NCBI GenBank assembly: GCA_040390065.1
Contig: JAZJZE010000004.1
Location: forward strand, 32,001 to 96,000
Reading direction: 5' to 3'
DNA length: 64,000 nucleotides
Source: a bacterium
GTDB taxonomy: Archaea; Thermoplasmatota; E2; JACPAO01; JAHFTW01
Numbering within the stretch: position 1 is the stretch's first letter; each line of letters starts with the position of its first letter. Positions 10,002 to 19,134 of the stretch are shown piece after piece. Made by a program: the position numbers and the translations under genes. The notes beneath the pieces were generated by a model that saw only the letters and a list, made by a program, of their open reading frames with translations, ran no database searches and was not told where the DNA came from.

Positions 10002-10667
10002 CTATGGCGGTTTCGACTGCAACACGCATTGGCCATCCGCGAGTTGCCAGACGCGGTCGCCGAGACGGGCCGCTTCGTCGCGGTCATGCGTCACCCACAA
10101 CGCGGCCACACCTTGCGCGGCGAGGATCGCCTTGACCCGCGGCCCCAAATCGTCGCGCAAATCGCGGTCCAGGCCGGAGAAGGGCTCATCGAGGAGGACC
10201 ACGCGGGGCTGGGCCGCCAGCGTCCGGGCAAGATCGACGCGTTGGCGTTGGCCGCCAGAGAGTTCGTCGACCAGCGACGTGGCCCGGTCCGCCAGCCCGA
10301 CCTCCGCCAACCAGCGTTCGGCTTCGGCGCGTTCGTCACGCCGCCGCACGCCGCGGTAACGCAACCCGAAGGCGACGTTGCGCCAGACGTTGAGGTGCGG
10401 GAACAGGGCTGGCTCCTGGAACATCATGCCGACGCGGCGGCGGTGCGGCGGCAAGCCGTCGAGGCGTTCATCGCCCCAGGAAATCGTGCCGGCATCCGGC
10501 TCTTGCAGGCCCGCGATGCAACGCAGCATCGTCGATTTGCCGCCGCCGCTGGGGCCCAGGAGGAACCCGGATTCGCCAGCGGGGACCTCGAGGCTCGCTC
10601 CCCGCAGCGTCGGGGGCCAGCCGGGATACGTGAAGTGCAGCCCCTCCACGCGCAGTCCGACGCTCAT
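10002..10667 (-). CDS. thiQ: ABC transporter ATP-binding subunit (ThiQ-like)
   Basis: GPSGGGKST, LSGGQRQRV, LLDEPF; operon with thiB/thiP-like genes. Confidence 0.82.
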   Translation of the reverse strand: MSVGLRVEGLHFTYPGWPPTLRGASLEVPAGESGFLLGPSGGGKSTMLRCIAGLQEPDAGTISWGDERLDGLPPHRRRVGMMFQEPALFPHLNVWRNVAFGLRYRGVRRRDERAEAERWLAEVGLADRATSLVDELSGGQRQRVDLARTLAAQPRVVLLDEPFSGLDRDLRDDLGPRVKAILAAQGVAALWVTHDRDEAARLGDRVWQLADGQCVLQSKPP

Positions 10668-12343
10668 AGTGGATCCTCCGCGCGGCGGCCTGCGCGTTCG
10701 ACGAGGACGTAGGCGGCCGCGGCCAAGACCCCGAGCAGACCGGCCAGCGCCATGGAGCTGGCGCGCGCAACGGGGTCGAATGCGGATCCTAGTGACGTGT
10801 TGGCCCACACGGCCAGGCCGCGCGTGCCGGTCGAGGAAAGGATGGTGCTGGCGCCGAAGTCCCCGAGGCTCAAGGCGATGCAGAAGCCGAGGGCCACGAG
10901 GATGGGCTTGCGCAGGATGGGCCAGTGGATGCGGCGGGCCACGGCGGCCGGTCGCGCACCGAGGAGTTGCGCCGCTTCGTCGAGGCGCTGGTCATGCGAT
11001 TCGAAGGCAGGCAGGATGGCGCGGGCGGCAAATGGGAGGATCAGGATGACGTGTGCTGCAAGGACGATCCACACGGTGTACGCAAAGGGCAGCCACGTCC
11101 CCGGCCCGTACGCGAGCATGAAGCCGAGGCCGACGAGGGCCGAACTGGATGCCATGGGAACGGATGCGACGGCTTCGACGGTGCGGCGGCCCCATGCGCC
11201 GAGTCCGCGCGATCCGTACGCGAGGCACGCGCAGGAGGCCAACGCAAGGAGCGTGCCGCCGACGGCGTAGAAGAGGCTGAGCCGCAGTGCCGCGGCGACG
11301 TCGAAGCCGTTGGGCCCGGAGAGGAGGTGACGCCATGGCTGCAGGCTCCAGTGGCCGTTCACCTGGAAGCCGCCGACGAGGACGGCTAGGATGGGAGTCA
11401 GTGCGGCAGCGACCAGCAGCCACGACAATGCCGTCGCGACAGGGCCTGCCGGCCGCGCTTGCCGGGGCACCTCGGCGGGGATGCGCCTCATGCGGCGGCG
11501 CAGCATCAGGTAGCCCGCCAGGAGTAGGCCGTTGAGGGCGAGTTGGATGACGCCGAGGACGGCGGCTTCGCCCATGTCGGGAAAGAGCGCATTGACCTTG
11601 CTGAAGATGACGGTCTCGAGGGTCCGGACCTGGCTCCCTCCCATGAGGAGGACCGTGCCGAAACTGGCGAAGCAGAACAGGAAGACCAGCAGGGCGACGG
11701 CGCCGAGGCTGGGCATGAGAAGTGGCATGGTGATGCGTCGCAGGACCGACCGGCGGTTTGCCCCGAGCGTGCGGGCCGCGTCCTCGAGGCGGTGTGGGCG
11801 GCGGTCCAAGGCGGCGTGTAGCATCCGTGCGGCGAAGCCGTAGTTGTAGTACGCATGGGCGACGAGAATGGGACCAAGGGCGGCTGGCCAGTCGGGAATG
11901 CCCCGAAGGCCTGGCAAGTGGCCCAACGTCGCCGGCAGCCATGCGAACGGTGCGTGGATGACGTGGCCTGTTGCGGACAGGACGTCGACGCCGAGCCAGC
12001 CACGCGGGCCGAGGACCGTTTGCAGGCCGTACACCACCACGAAGACCGGCATGACGAAGGGCGCAGCGTGCAAGGCGAGTTGCAGTCGCCCCATGGGGAC
12101 GCGGCGCGTGTGATAGAACCAGGCAAGCGGCACTGCGATGGCGAGAGTCAGGACGGTACTGAGCGTGGCCTGCTCAATCGTCAGAACGAGGGTGTCACGC
12201 GCATAGGAGTCCCCGGCCCACGCCCAGGCTGCCGGGTCGCGGGCCGCGCCGAGGACGAGGGCCATGGGAACGGCAAACAGGGCGACCAGCAGGAGGGCGG
12301 GCGGCACAAGCAGCCAGGTCTGCCCTCGCGCCAGGGCCGGCAA
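10664..12343 (-). CDS. thiP: Thiamine/iron-type ABC transporter permease (ThiP-like)
   Basis: Two EAA loops (LEDAARTLGA, LDEAAQLLGA); PFVMP, LVFLFCFASFG. Confidence 0.85.
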   Translation of the reverse strand: MPALARGQTWLLVPPALLLVALFAVPMALVLGAARDPAAWAWAGDSYARDTLVLTIEQATLSTVLTLAIAVPLAWFYHTRRVPMGRLQLALHAAPFVMPVFVVVYGLQTVLGPRGWLGVDVLSATGHVIHAPFAWLPATLGHLPGLRGIPDWPAALGPILVAHAYYNYGFAARMLHAALDRRPHRLEDAARTLGANRRSVLRRITMPLLMPSLGAVALLVFLFCFASFGTVLLMGGSQVRTLETVIFSKVNALFPDMGEAAVLGVIQLALNGLLLAGYLMLRRRMRRIPAEVPRQARPAGPVATALSWLLVAAALTPILAVLVGGFQVNGHWSLQPWRHLLSGPNGFDVAAALRLSLFYAVGGTLLALASCACLAYGSRGLGAWGRRTVEAVASVPMASSSALVGLGFMLAYGPGTWLPFAYTVWIVLAAHVILILPFAARAILPAFESHDQRLDEAAQLLGARPAAVARRIHWPILRKPILVALGFCIALSLGDFGASTILSSTGTRGLAVWANTSLGSAFDPVARASSMALAGLLGVLAAAAYVLVERAGRRAEDPL

Positions 12344-12347
12344 GGCG

Positions 12348-13616
12348 TCACACCGGGCAGGTGGCGTGTGCCTCGTGCAGCGTCGTCCATTCCTTGAGCC
12401 AGCGCTCGAGGTTGGCGGTGATGACGTCGTAGCTCATCGAGGCGTCGTGGAACGAGCCGGGGGTCGGGTCGATGCCTTGGTAGATGCTGCTGACCTTGAT
12501 GGACGGCACCACAGGGTAGACGCCGTCCTTCTCGGCGGCGAGTTTCTGGAAGAAGTCCGTGAGCGAGAACTCGATCCAGGCCTGCGCCGCGGCGCCGTGC
12601 GTCGTGCCCTTGGCGATCGCCATCGTCTGGATCTGGTGGAACGTCGCGTTGGCTTCGAGGACGACGGCGGCCAGGTTCGGCTTGTGTTCCCCGTTGTTTG
12701 CGCCGCGGTAATAGAAGTCCTCGACGGCCGGCGACTCGGTGTACGAGGTCACGATGGGCTTGTCGGCCAACCCGCCGCCGTCGACGCCGTAGCCGGCGCT
12801 GAAGTGTTGCACGTATGCAGTGCTCCAGTCGTCCACGACAAGGACGCAGCCGGCGACTTGGCCGTCGTGGTCGCGGTCCGTGTCGCGGCCGGTGAGGAGG
12901 TCCGTCCAGTAGCTCTGCCAGTCGTAGCGTTGCGGACTGTACTGAGACTTCTCCCCGAAGACGGCGATGGTCGTGAGCAGGAAGGCGAGCCCTGGCGTCG
13001 ACAGCGTCGGGTCCTCGGTCACGAACTGGTCGGCGAAGTGGCGCACGTCGCCGAGGCCGAGGACGGGTTGGCCTTCCAAAGCGGCGCTGGTGGTGTCGAC
13101 GTTGATGGCGACGTAGCCGTGGTCGACCGGTGTGGCGTAGAAGGTGCCGTTCTGGGGGAAGAACATGAGGCTGGGCGCGATGCGGTTGACCATTGCCGGG
13201 CGGTAAGGCTCCAGGACGCCTTGCCGGATCGCCTTGCCGAGCAGCATGTTGTCAAGGCCGTAGATGACGTCGTACTTTCCCGAGGCCTTGCTGTCGGCGA
13301 GCGTCTTGAGGGACTTCACGCCGTCGCCGCCGTTCTCCTTCACCACGGTGACGCCGGTGAGGTCATGGAACTGGGTCGCGGCGACGTCGAAGCCCTCGAA
13401 GGCGCCGTTGTCGAGGAGTGTGATGGTGGTCCCGTCCAAGTTGGGCCAGGCATTGGGGTCGAGGCCCGACGGGTCCTTCTTGTAGCCGTCCAGGTTGACG
13501 TAGCGTTCCGGTGCCGTCGGGGGCTCCAGGCAACCGCCGAGGACGCTCACGGCGAACAGGAGTGCGGCAAGCGGGGCGAAGCGGCGCGCTGCCCGGGCGG
13601 CTGCTGGGCTGGACAC
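12348..13616 (-). CDS. thiB: Thiamine ABC transporter substrate-binding lipoprotein
   Basis: Lipobox; DVIYGLDN, PVDHGYVAIN, DPTLSTPGLAFLL, VTSYTESPA. Confidence 0.85.
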   Translation of the reverse strand: MSSPAAARAARRFAPLAALLFAVSVLGGCLEPPTAPERYVNLDGYKKDPSGLDPNAWPNLDGTTITLLDNGAFEGFDVAATQFHDLTGVTVVKENGGDGVKSLKTLADSKASGKYDVIYGLDNMLLGKAIRQGVLEPYRPAMVNRIAPSLMFFPQNGTFYATPVDHGYVAINVDTTSAALEGQPVLGLGDVRHFADQFVTEDPTLSTPGLAFLLTTIAVFGEKSQYSPQRYDWQSYWTDLLTGRDTDRDHDGQVAGCVLVVDDWSTAYVQHFSAGYGVDGGGLADKPIVTSYTESPAVEDFYYRGANNGEHKPNLAAVVLEANATFHQIQTMAIAKGTTHGAAAQAWIEFSLTDFFQKLAAEKDGVYPVVPSIKVSSIYQGIDPTPGSFHDASMSYDVITANLERWLKEWTTLHEAHATCPV

Positions 13617-13684
13617 GCCTCGGCCAGGGGCGGGAGGGATATAAGTCGTGGATGTCGGAAAGCGACCCCGTCAACGACGCCGGC

Positions 13685-14548
13685 TTAGGAGGCTGCGACC
13701 GCCGCGACGGGCGCCATGACGTCGGGTTGACCGTTCAGGCTGTTGAGGGCGCGGCCGCCGAGCGTCGTCGCGATGAACAGGGTGCCTTCGGCGCCCGGCA
13801 GTTCGTCGAGGAGGCCGAATTCGACGAGCTTCTTGAGGTGCCAGCGCGCCGTGCCGACGTGCAGGCCCAGTTCATGCGCGAGGGCCGCGGCGCCGAGGCC
13901 GCTCTTGCGTTGCACGACTTCGAACAGGGCGCGGGCGTTCGGGTTCTGCAGCGCCGTGACGGCGCGGCCGACCTTCTTGACTTCGATGCCGCCTTCGGCC
14001 GGGTAGAAGACGCGGAAGCCGTTGGCGCGTTCCGAGCGCACCAGTTCGGCGGATTCGAGTTTGCGGATATGCCAGAGGATGCTCGAGGTCTTCATGTGGA
14101 ATTCCTCACTGAGCTTCTTGAGGTGGACGCCGGGGTTGCCCTTGATGAAGCCGAAGAGCATGGCGCGCTGCGGGTTCTTGAGGGCCTCCTTGGGCGTGAT
14201 GTAGCGCGTGACGAGAGCGAAGGTCGCGACACCGAGGGCTGCAACGCCGAGGGTTGCGAGACTGGCCATCATGAGGCCGTCATGGAACGCGGCGCGCACA
14301 CGGTCGCCGAAGCCGGGGTCCCGCACTTCTTCGGGTGCGCCGGGGGCTGGGGCGCCTTGGCTGGGGCCATTGGGATTGAGGACAGGGTCGAGGGCGCCGT
14401 TCGGGTCTTGCACGGCCCCCGCGGGGTCGGAAGCCGCGCCCTGGGCAGCGGAGCCCGCGCCCGCGACGACTTGGGCGGGATCCGTCGTGGCCATGGCCAG
14501 TGGGACAAGGGCGAGCCCAGCCACGAGCAGTAGCGCAGTCAGACGCAT
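13685..14548 (-). CDS. Membrane-anchored double winged-helix transcriptional regulator (COG3398-like)
   Basis: Signal peptide, low-complexity linker, TM helix, then FIKGNPGVH..WHIRKLE and a second HTH WHLKKL. Confidence 0.82.
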   Translation of the reverse strand: MRLTALLLVAGLALVPLAMATTDPAQVVAGAGSAAQGAASDPAGAVQDPNGALDPVLNPNGPSQGAPAPGAPEEVRDPGFGDRVRAAFHDGLMMASLATLGVAALGVATFALVTRYITPKEALKNPQRAMLFGFIKGNPGVHLKKLSEEFHMKTSSILWHIRKLESAELVRSERANGFRVFYPAEGGIEVKKVGRAVTALQNPNARALFEVVQRKSGLGAAALAHELGLHVGTARWHLKKLVEFGLLDELPGAEGTLFIATTLGGRALNSLNGQPDVMAPVAAVAAS

Positions 14549-14636
14549 GAAGGGCCATGTCCCACCAGAAGGTCATAACTGTTGTGGCCGGGGACTAAAA
14601 GGATGGAGGCCGGCCGACAGGAGGCGGGGTGGGTGC

Positions 14637-14843
14637 CTAGCCGGAAGGCGCGCGAGGCCGCAGGGTGAAAGGGACGAGCATCAGGCACAGGCCAATCGTT
14701 AGGACGACGGTCGTCAGAATCCAATCATCGCTGATTCCGTTTTTCGAGGAAGACGCGAGGAGCAGGTTGTACCGGTAGGCCACACCGGATGAGACCAGCA
14801 AGCTCCCAGCAACGACAGACGCCGTTGCCCAGGTCAGGCGCAT
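14637..14843 (-). CDS. Small two-TM hypothetical membrane protein
   Basis: 68-aa ORF with two hydrophobic helices filling the gap downstream of radB. Confidence 0.5.
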   Translation of the reverse strand: MRLTWATASVVAGSLLVSSGVAYRYNLLLASSSKNGISDDWILTTVVLTIGLCLMLVPFTLRPRAPSG

Positions 14844-14885
14844 GCCACGCGCAGTGCGCGTCCCCGCCATGGACCTTGCGATGGG

Positions 14886-15653
14886 CTACACGCCCTCGAG
14901 ACCTGTCATCCCGATGCGGAACTCTGCGCGGCGGCCCTCCTCGATGCTGCGGTGCTTGATGACCGTCGCTCGCCGGGAACCATCGCTGCGCTTCTCGAAC
15001 CGGATGAGGGCCTTGACGAGGTGCTCCATGACGCGGCGGGCAAACGGCTGGGTCGCGTCCTCGCCCCCGTAGACTTGACCCGTGACGAGGACCGGGACCT
15101 GGTTCTGGCGAGCGAAACCCGTGAGGTGATGCAGCTGCTTGTACAGGCTGCGGCTGGCCTCGCCCTCCGCGCCCTCGGCGCCGTCGATGTGCAGGCGATA
15201 ATGCATGTTGATGGAATCCACGACGATGAGGCCCAAGTCGGGCACACGCGTCGCGTTCTGCACGAGGCGCTCCTGCTCCTCGATGGTGTACGGCGTGAAG
15301 AACAGGACCCGTTCCATGAGTTCGTCCACGGTGGGCTCCGAGGACGGCACGGAGGCTTCGGCGTCGAGGGTGGACTGGCCAGGCGTCTCGCCTCCATCCG
15401 CCGTAATCTGCTGGATGCCGACTGCGGCGTGCGGCTCATGCGCAGAGAAGACTTGCCGGAGCCGCACGGAACTCACGCCCTCCGTGTCCACGTACGCGAT
15501 GCGCCGGCCCTTGCGGGCCACTTCCCGGGCGCACTGCAGGGCCAGGTTCGTCTTGCCAGACCCACCTTCACCGAAGACCAACGTGATTGCGTCGCATTCC
15601 AGCCCACCGTCCAGCAGGCCGTCCAGCGGCGATGCCGTCGGCAAGTAATCCAC
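14886..15653 (-). CDS. radB: DNA repair and recombination protein RadB
   Basis: GEGGSGKTN, YVDTEG, IVVDS, C-terminal KHRS signature. Confidence 0.92.
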   Translation of the reverse strand: MDYLPTASPLDGLLDGGLECDAITLVFGEGGSGKTNLALQCAREVARKGRRIAYVDTEGVSSVRLRQVFSAHEPHAAVGIQQITADGGETPGQSTLDAEASVPSSEPTVDELMERVLFFTPYTIEEQERLVQNATRVPDLGLIVVDSINMHYRLHIDGAEGAEGEASRSLYKQLHHLTGFARQNQVPVLVTGQVYGGEDATQPFARRVMEHLVKALIRFEKRSDGSRRATVIKHRSIEEGRRAEFRIGMTGLEGV

Positions 15654-15709
15654 GGACCCTGCCAGGGGCCGGGGGGCGATGAAGGCGTTGGCTCAGGCCC
15701 TGGCCTGCA

Positions 15710-16984
15710 TCACAGGTCGAGGGTCGCAATCTCGCCTGGTTCGACGAGGCGGGCCTTCGTGGCGATGAACATGCGCTTGGCGTCAGCGTCGGCGACCGGG
15801 CAGACGACGAGGGCCATATCGGCATCCACGTCACGCGCGGCCACGAGGATCCGCTCCGCGGTCGCCGCGTCGAGACGATCCGGGGCGAAGGCGATGACGC
15901 GCTGGGGATAGCCCTCGCCGCGCTCGGCCGCGAGTTCGATGCCGGCGACCGGCGGTTGCAGCAAGACGTCGAACTTCAGGTGGGTCAGGCGATCGCGCAG
16001 CAACTCGAGAAGCGACGGCGCCTTCGGGGCGGGAGCGGGCGGAGGCGGGGCGGGCCGGGATTGCACGGGCTCCACGGGTGGTCGCGGAGGGGCCTGCGGG
16101 GCCGCGCGAGGAGCGCGCTGCGCTGTCTGCGGCCACAAGGCGTCGAGCTGCGCGTACATGTCGGCGCGGGCCTTGTCCGCGATGGGCGTGGCGCTCGCCG
16201 CCGACGGACGGCTGCGGGCAGGGGGCAGATCCGCCTCCCATGAGCCGGGGGCGGGGCGCTTCATCGGTGCCGTGACTTCCCGGCGACGAACTTCCATTGC
16301 GGCGGCCAGGGCTTGGCGTTCCGCGTCGCGCTGCGCCTTCTGGGCATTCTCCTTGGCCTCGACCTCGATGGCCAAACGGCGTCGTTCCTCTTGTTCGACC
16401 CAGCGGCCGTGGAGGTCCTGGAAGAACAAGTCGCCCTCGATGCGCACCTCGTCCTTGTCGGCGATGAGGTAGACGATGCGGACTTCGGCGTAGGGCGATT
16501 CCCGGGCGCGGGGGCCGACTTCGCGTACCAGTGCGGCAATGTCGGCGTCGTCCAACTCCGCCACGGTGGGCCGGGGGACGCGGTACGCCATGCGCGGCAG
16601 CTTGTGTGGATCGTCCGGGGCGCGGTAGGTGCGGTGCTGCCCCGGCTTGACGTTGGGGCGCAGCACGGCGCATTGGCGCTGGTCGTACTGTTGCCGCGTC
16701 GCCATGAGGTCCTGCAGGAGCTGCGCCGGCACCATGTGGGCCTTCTGGTGGCCGACGAGGAGGCAGGACGGCGTCCCGGCGACGTCGGAGGGTGACAGGT
16801 ACTCGACGGCCTGTTCGAGGTCGTTCACCACGTCGGGCTCGTCGCGGGGGACGCGCACCACGAGGACGCGGGAGCCTTCATGGTCCCAGACCTCGGAGCC
16901 ATACTGGGGTGCCAGTTGCTCTTTGAGGCGGGAAAGTTCCGCGCCGGGGATGGGACTGGGTTGCGTCCGGCGGGTCGAGGCCAT
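15710..16984 (-). CDS. Hypothetical protein: N-terminal globular region, coiled-coil/Pro-rich linker, C-terminal restriction-endonuclease-like fold
   Basis: Long ORF with good codon bias; C-terminal FDVLL...GIELAAER..RVIAF resembles a degenerate Mrr-type domain (inferred). Confidence 0.65.
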   Translation of the reverse strand: MASTRRTQPSPIPGAELSRLKEQLAPQYGSEVWDHEGSRVLVVRVPRDEPDVVNDLEQAVEYLSPSDVAGTPSCLLVGHQKAHMVPAQLLQDLMATRQQYDQRQCAVLRPNVKPGQHRTYRAPDDPHKLPRMAYRVPRPTVAELDDADIAALVREVGPRARESPYAEVRIVYLIADKDEVRIEGDLFFQDLHGRWVEQEERRRLAIEVEAKENAQKAQRDAERQALAAAMEVRRREVTAPMKRPAPGSWEADLPPARSRPSAASATPIADKARADMYAQLDALWPQTAQRAPRAAPQAPPRPPVEPVQSRPAPPPPAPAPKAPSLLELLRDRLTHLKFDVLLQPPVAGIELAAERGEGYPQRVIAFAPDRLDAATAERILVAARDVDADMALVVCPVADADAKRMFIATKARLVEPGEIATLDL

Positions 16985-17071
16985 GGCATTCACTTAGAAC
17001 GGGGGTAAGGAAAACGGTTGCCAAATCATTACGTGGCCCGTCCGTCACCCCATTCCAGGGGACCAGGACCA

Positions 17072-17268
17072 CCCCCACCCCATGGTTTCGGCTCGAACGG
17101 ACTCCAAGGATGGAGCCATGATTTTCTTCCTTCTTATGGAGTCAACAGACCCAGAATCGTAAGCCACGGTGACGTGATAAGACTTCGTTGCTGAAAACGG
17201 CGCAAAGGAAGCGAAACGTTTCCAGACGTCAGTGTTGAGCGTTGCAGGAGAAGCCGTGGGGTCCGGGG
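17072..17268. promoter_or_regulatory. Pair of ORB-like (Orc1/Cdc6-binding) motifs around an AT-enriched spacer
   Basis: GTTCGAGCCGAAACCATGGGGTGGGGG (-, 17072-17098) and GTTGCAGGAGAAGCCGTGGGGTCCGGGG (+, 17241-17268). Confidence 0.45.
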
Positions 17269-17311
17269 TCGCCGCGAACCAGGACCGAGGGCCGGTCATG
17301 CGCCTTGTCCG

Positions 17312-18967
17312 TCAACCTGGCGGACGGTGATGAACCGGTCGGCCGTCGGAAAAGGTCTGCAGCACATCAGGTCCTGTTTGCGGTGATCCACTCGTTCCAA
17401 GCACCACGAAGTCGGCCCGCTTTCCCCTTTCGAGCGATCCAATCAAGTCATCCCAGTGCAGGCTCCATGCGGCCCACCACGTATAGTGCCACACCGCCTC
17501 GAGGAATTCCATGCGTTGCGCCCCGTCAGGGTGGGCGCCCGCCGCCGCAATCCCCTGAAGCGGTCCAGGTGGCATGCCATCGGAACCAAAGGCCACGGGT
17601 ATGCCTTGTTCCAACATGGTGCGGAAGCGGTTGTTCAAGGCAAAGCGTGGCCCCAGGCGGGCTTCATACATGCCGCCCTTCGACGACCACGTGCCGACGA
17701 AGTTGGGTTGGCTGGATGCGACGATGGCGAGTTCGGCCGTGCGGCGCAATTGGTCGTCGTGCGCGATCTCGAAGTGCTCGAAGCGGTGGCGCAAGGGATT
17801 CGCACTCCAGCCTGCCCCCTCCACGTCGGCGCGGGCGGCCAAGTCGGCAAATCCGGCGAGGCCCTGGTCGATGGCGGCATCGCCGATGGCGTGGGCGTGG
17901 ATCTGCACGGCGGCCTGGTCCGCCCGGGCAAAGAGGGTCGCCACTTGTTCGTCCGACCAGTTCCGCATGCCATTCGGGTGCTTCTTGGCGTGGTCGCCGT
18001 AGGGTTCCCGCAGCGCTGCCGTGTGGGCGCCAAGCGACCCGTCCAGGAACACCTTGAGGCCGCCGTCGCGCAGGAACGGCGTGCGCTCGGCTCCGCTGCG
18101 AAAGCCGCGCGCCACTTCGTCGTCCAATTGCTGGACGTAGATGCTCGACGCGACGCGCAGGCCGAGGCGGCCTGCCACGGCGGCACGCTGCAATGCTTCG
18201 CGGTACGGGGCCTGCGAATAGTCGCCGACCGTCGTGATGCCGAGGGCCAGGCATTCCTTGGTTGCCTCCGCCAGGGCCGCATCGAGTGCCTCGGGGCTCG
18301 TCGGGATGACCTCGTTGAGGTACAGGCTTGCCTGCTCGAGCAGCAGCCCCGAGGAGGGGTCCACGATGGCGTCGTCGTCCCAGCGCCGCCGGATCGGTGC
18401 AAGAGCAGCCGTGTTGGCGACGGCGATGTGGCCGCAGACGCGACGAAGGACGACCATGCGGTCGGCGGGCCCGGCCCCGGACTTGGCTGCCGCGGCGACA
18501 AGGGCGTCCAACTCGCTGCGCATTGGCCGTTCGGGCTTGACCCACGAGGATTCGTCCCAGCGTTCGCCGATGACGGGCTCCCCTCCCGGATGCTCGTTGA
18601 GCCACGTGGCCACGGCGGCGAGGGCCTCCGCCTTGGAGGTGCATGCGGACAAGTCGGGACGGTGGCGCTTCACGCCGATGTGCAGGAAATGCGTGTGCGC
18701 ATCGACGAAGCCGGGCAGGACCAGCTTGCCGCCGGCGTCCTGCGGCGTGATTCCGGCTTTGCGGGCCTCTCCTTCGACGTCCGCCGTGCTCCCGACCAAA
18801 GCGATGACCCCGTCCCGCCAAAGGATGGCCTGCGCCTCCTCGCTCCACGGTTCGGGGCTTGTTCCTGGCGCCCGCATCGGGTGGACGCAGGCGTTGACGA
18901 TGGCGCCGCTGCGGGGGGGCACGCGCGTGCGACGCGCAACTGCCTCAAACGCTTGGCGACGCTGCAT
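17312..18967 (-). CDS. Amidohydrolase 3 family (YtcJ-like) metal-dependent hydrolase
   Basis: PGFVDAHTH, KVFLDGSLGAHTAAL, HAHAIGD, RHRFEH, FGSD, GKRADFVVL. Confidence 0.92.
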   Translation of the reverse strand: MQRRQAFEAVARRTRVPPRSGAIVNACVHPMRAPGTSPEPWSEEAQAILWRDGVIALVGSTADVEGEARKAGITPQDAGGKLVLPGFVDAHTHFLHIGVKRHRPDLSACTSKAEALAAVATWLNEHPGGEPVIGERWDESSWVKPERPMRSELDALVAAAAKSGAGPADRMVVLRRVCGHIAVANTAALAPIRRRWDDDAIVDPSSGLLLEQASLYLNEVIPTSPEALDAALAEATKECLALGITTVGDYSQAPYREALQRAAVAGRLGLRVASSIYVQQLDDEVARGFRSGAERTPFLRDGGLKVFLDGSLGAHTAALREPYGDHAKKHPNGMRNWSDEQVATLFARADQAAVQIHAHAIGDAAIDQGLAGFADLAARADVEGAGWSANPLRHRFEHFEIAHDDQLRRTAELAIVASSQPNFVGTWSSKGGMYEARLGPRFALNNRFRTMLEQGIPVAFGSDGMPPGPLQGIAAAGAHPDGAQRMEFLEAVWHYTWWAAWSLHWDDLIGSLERGKRADFVVLGTSGSPQTGPDVLQTFSDGRPVHHRPPG

Positions 18968-19110
18968 GCGTCGCTCCGGCGCCCTTGCCCATGGCGCGGC
19001 ACGTCGGCAGCCCCTTTCCTTCCCCTTATGAGTGTCGGGACGGAAATTGCGACAGTGGCAAAACGGTCAACCAGCAAATCGTCATTGATGCACGTTTTTG
19101 ACGAAAGGCG

Positions 19111-19134
19111 ACCCCCCTCGCGCTTCCGCTGGAG
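19111..19134 (-). promoter_or_regulatory. ORB-like motif upstream of nrdJ
   Basis: CTCCAGCGGAAGCGCGAGGGGGGT on the minus strand, matching the TCCAGnnGAA...G-string pattern. Confidence 0.45.

Noticed and set aside
13617-13684. TPP riboswitch before thiB
   Set aside because: The gap is only about 68 bp and has no CTGAGA motif; only a TATA-like CTTATAT is seen.
17045-17299. 84-aa ORF in the AT-enriched gap
   Set aside because: Atypical composition; better explained as non-coding DNA with ORB-like motifs.
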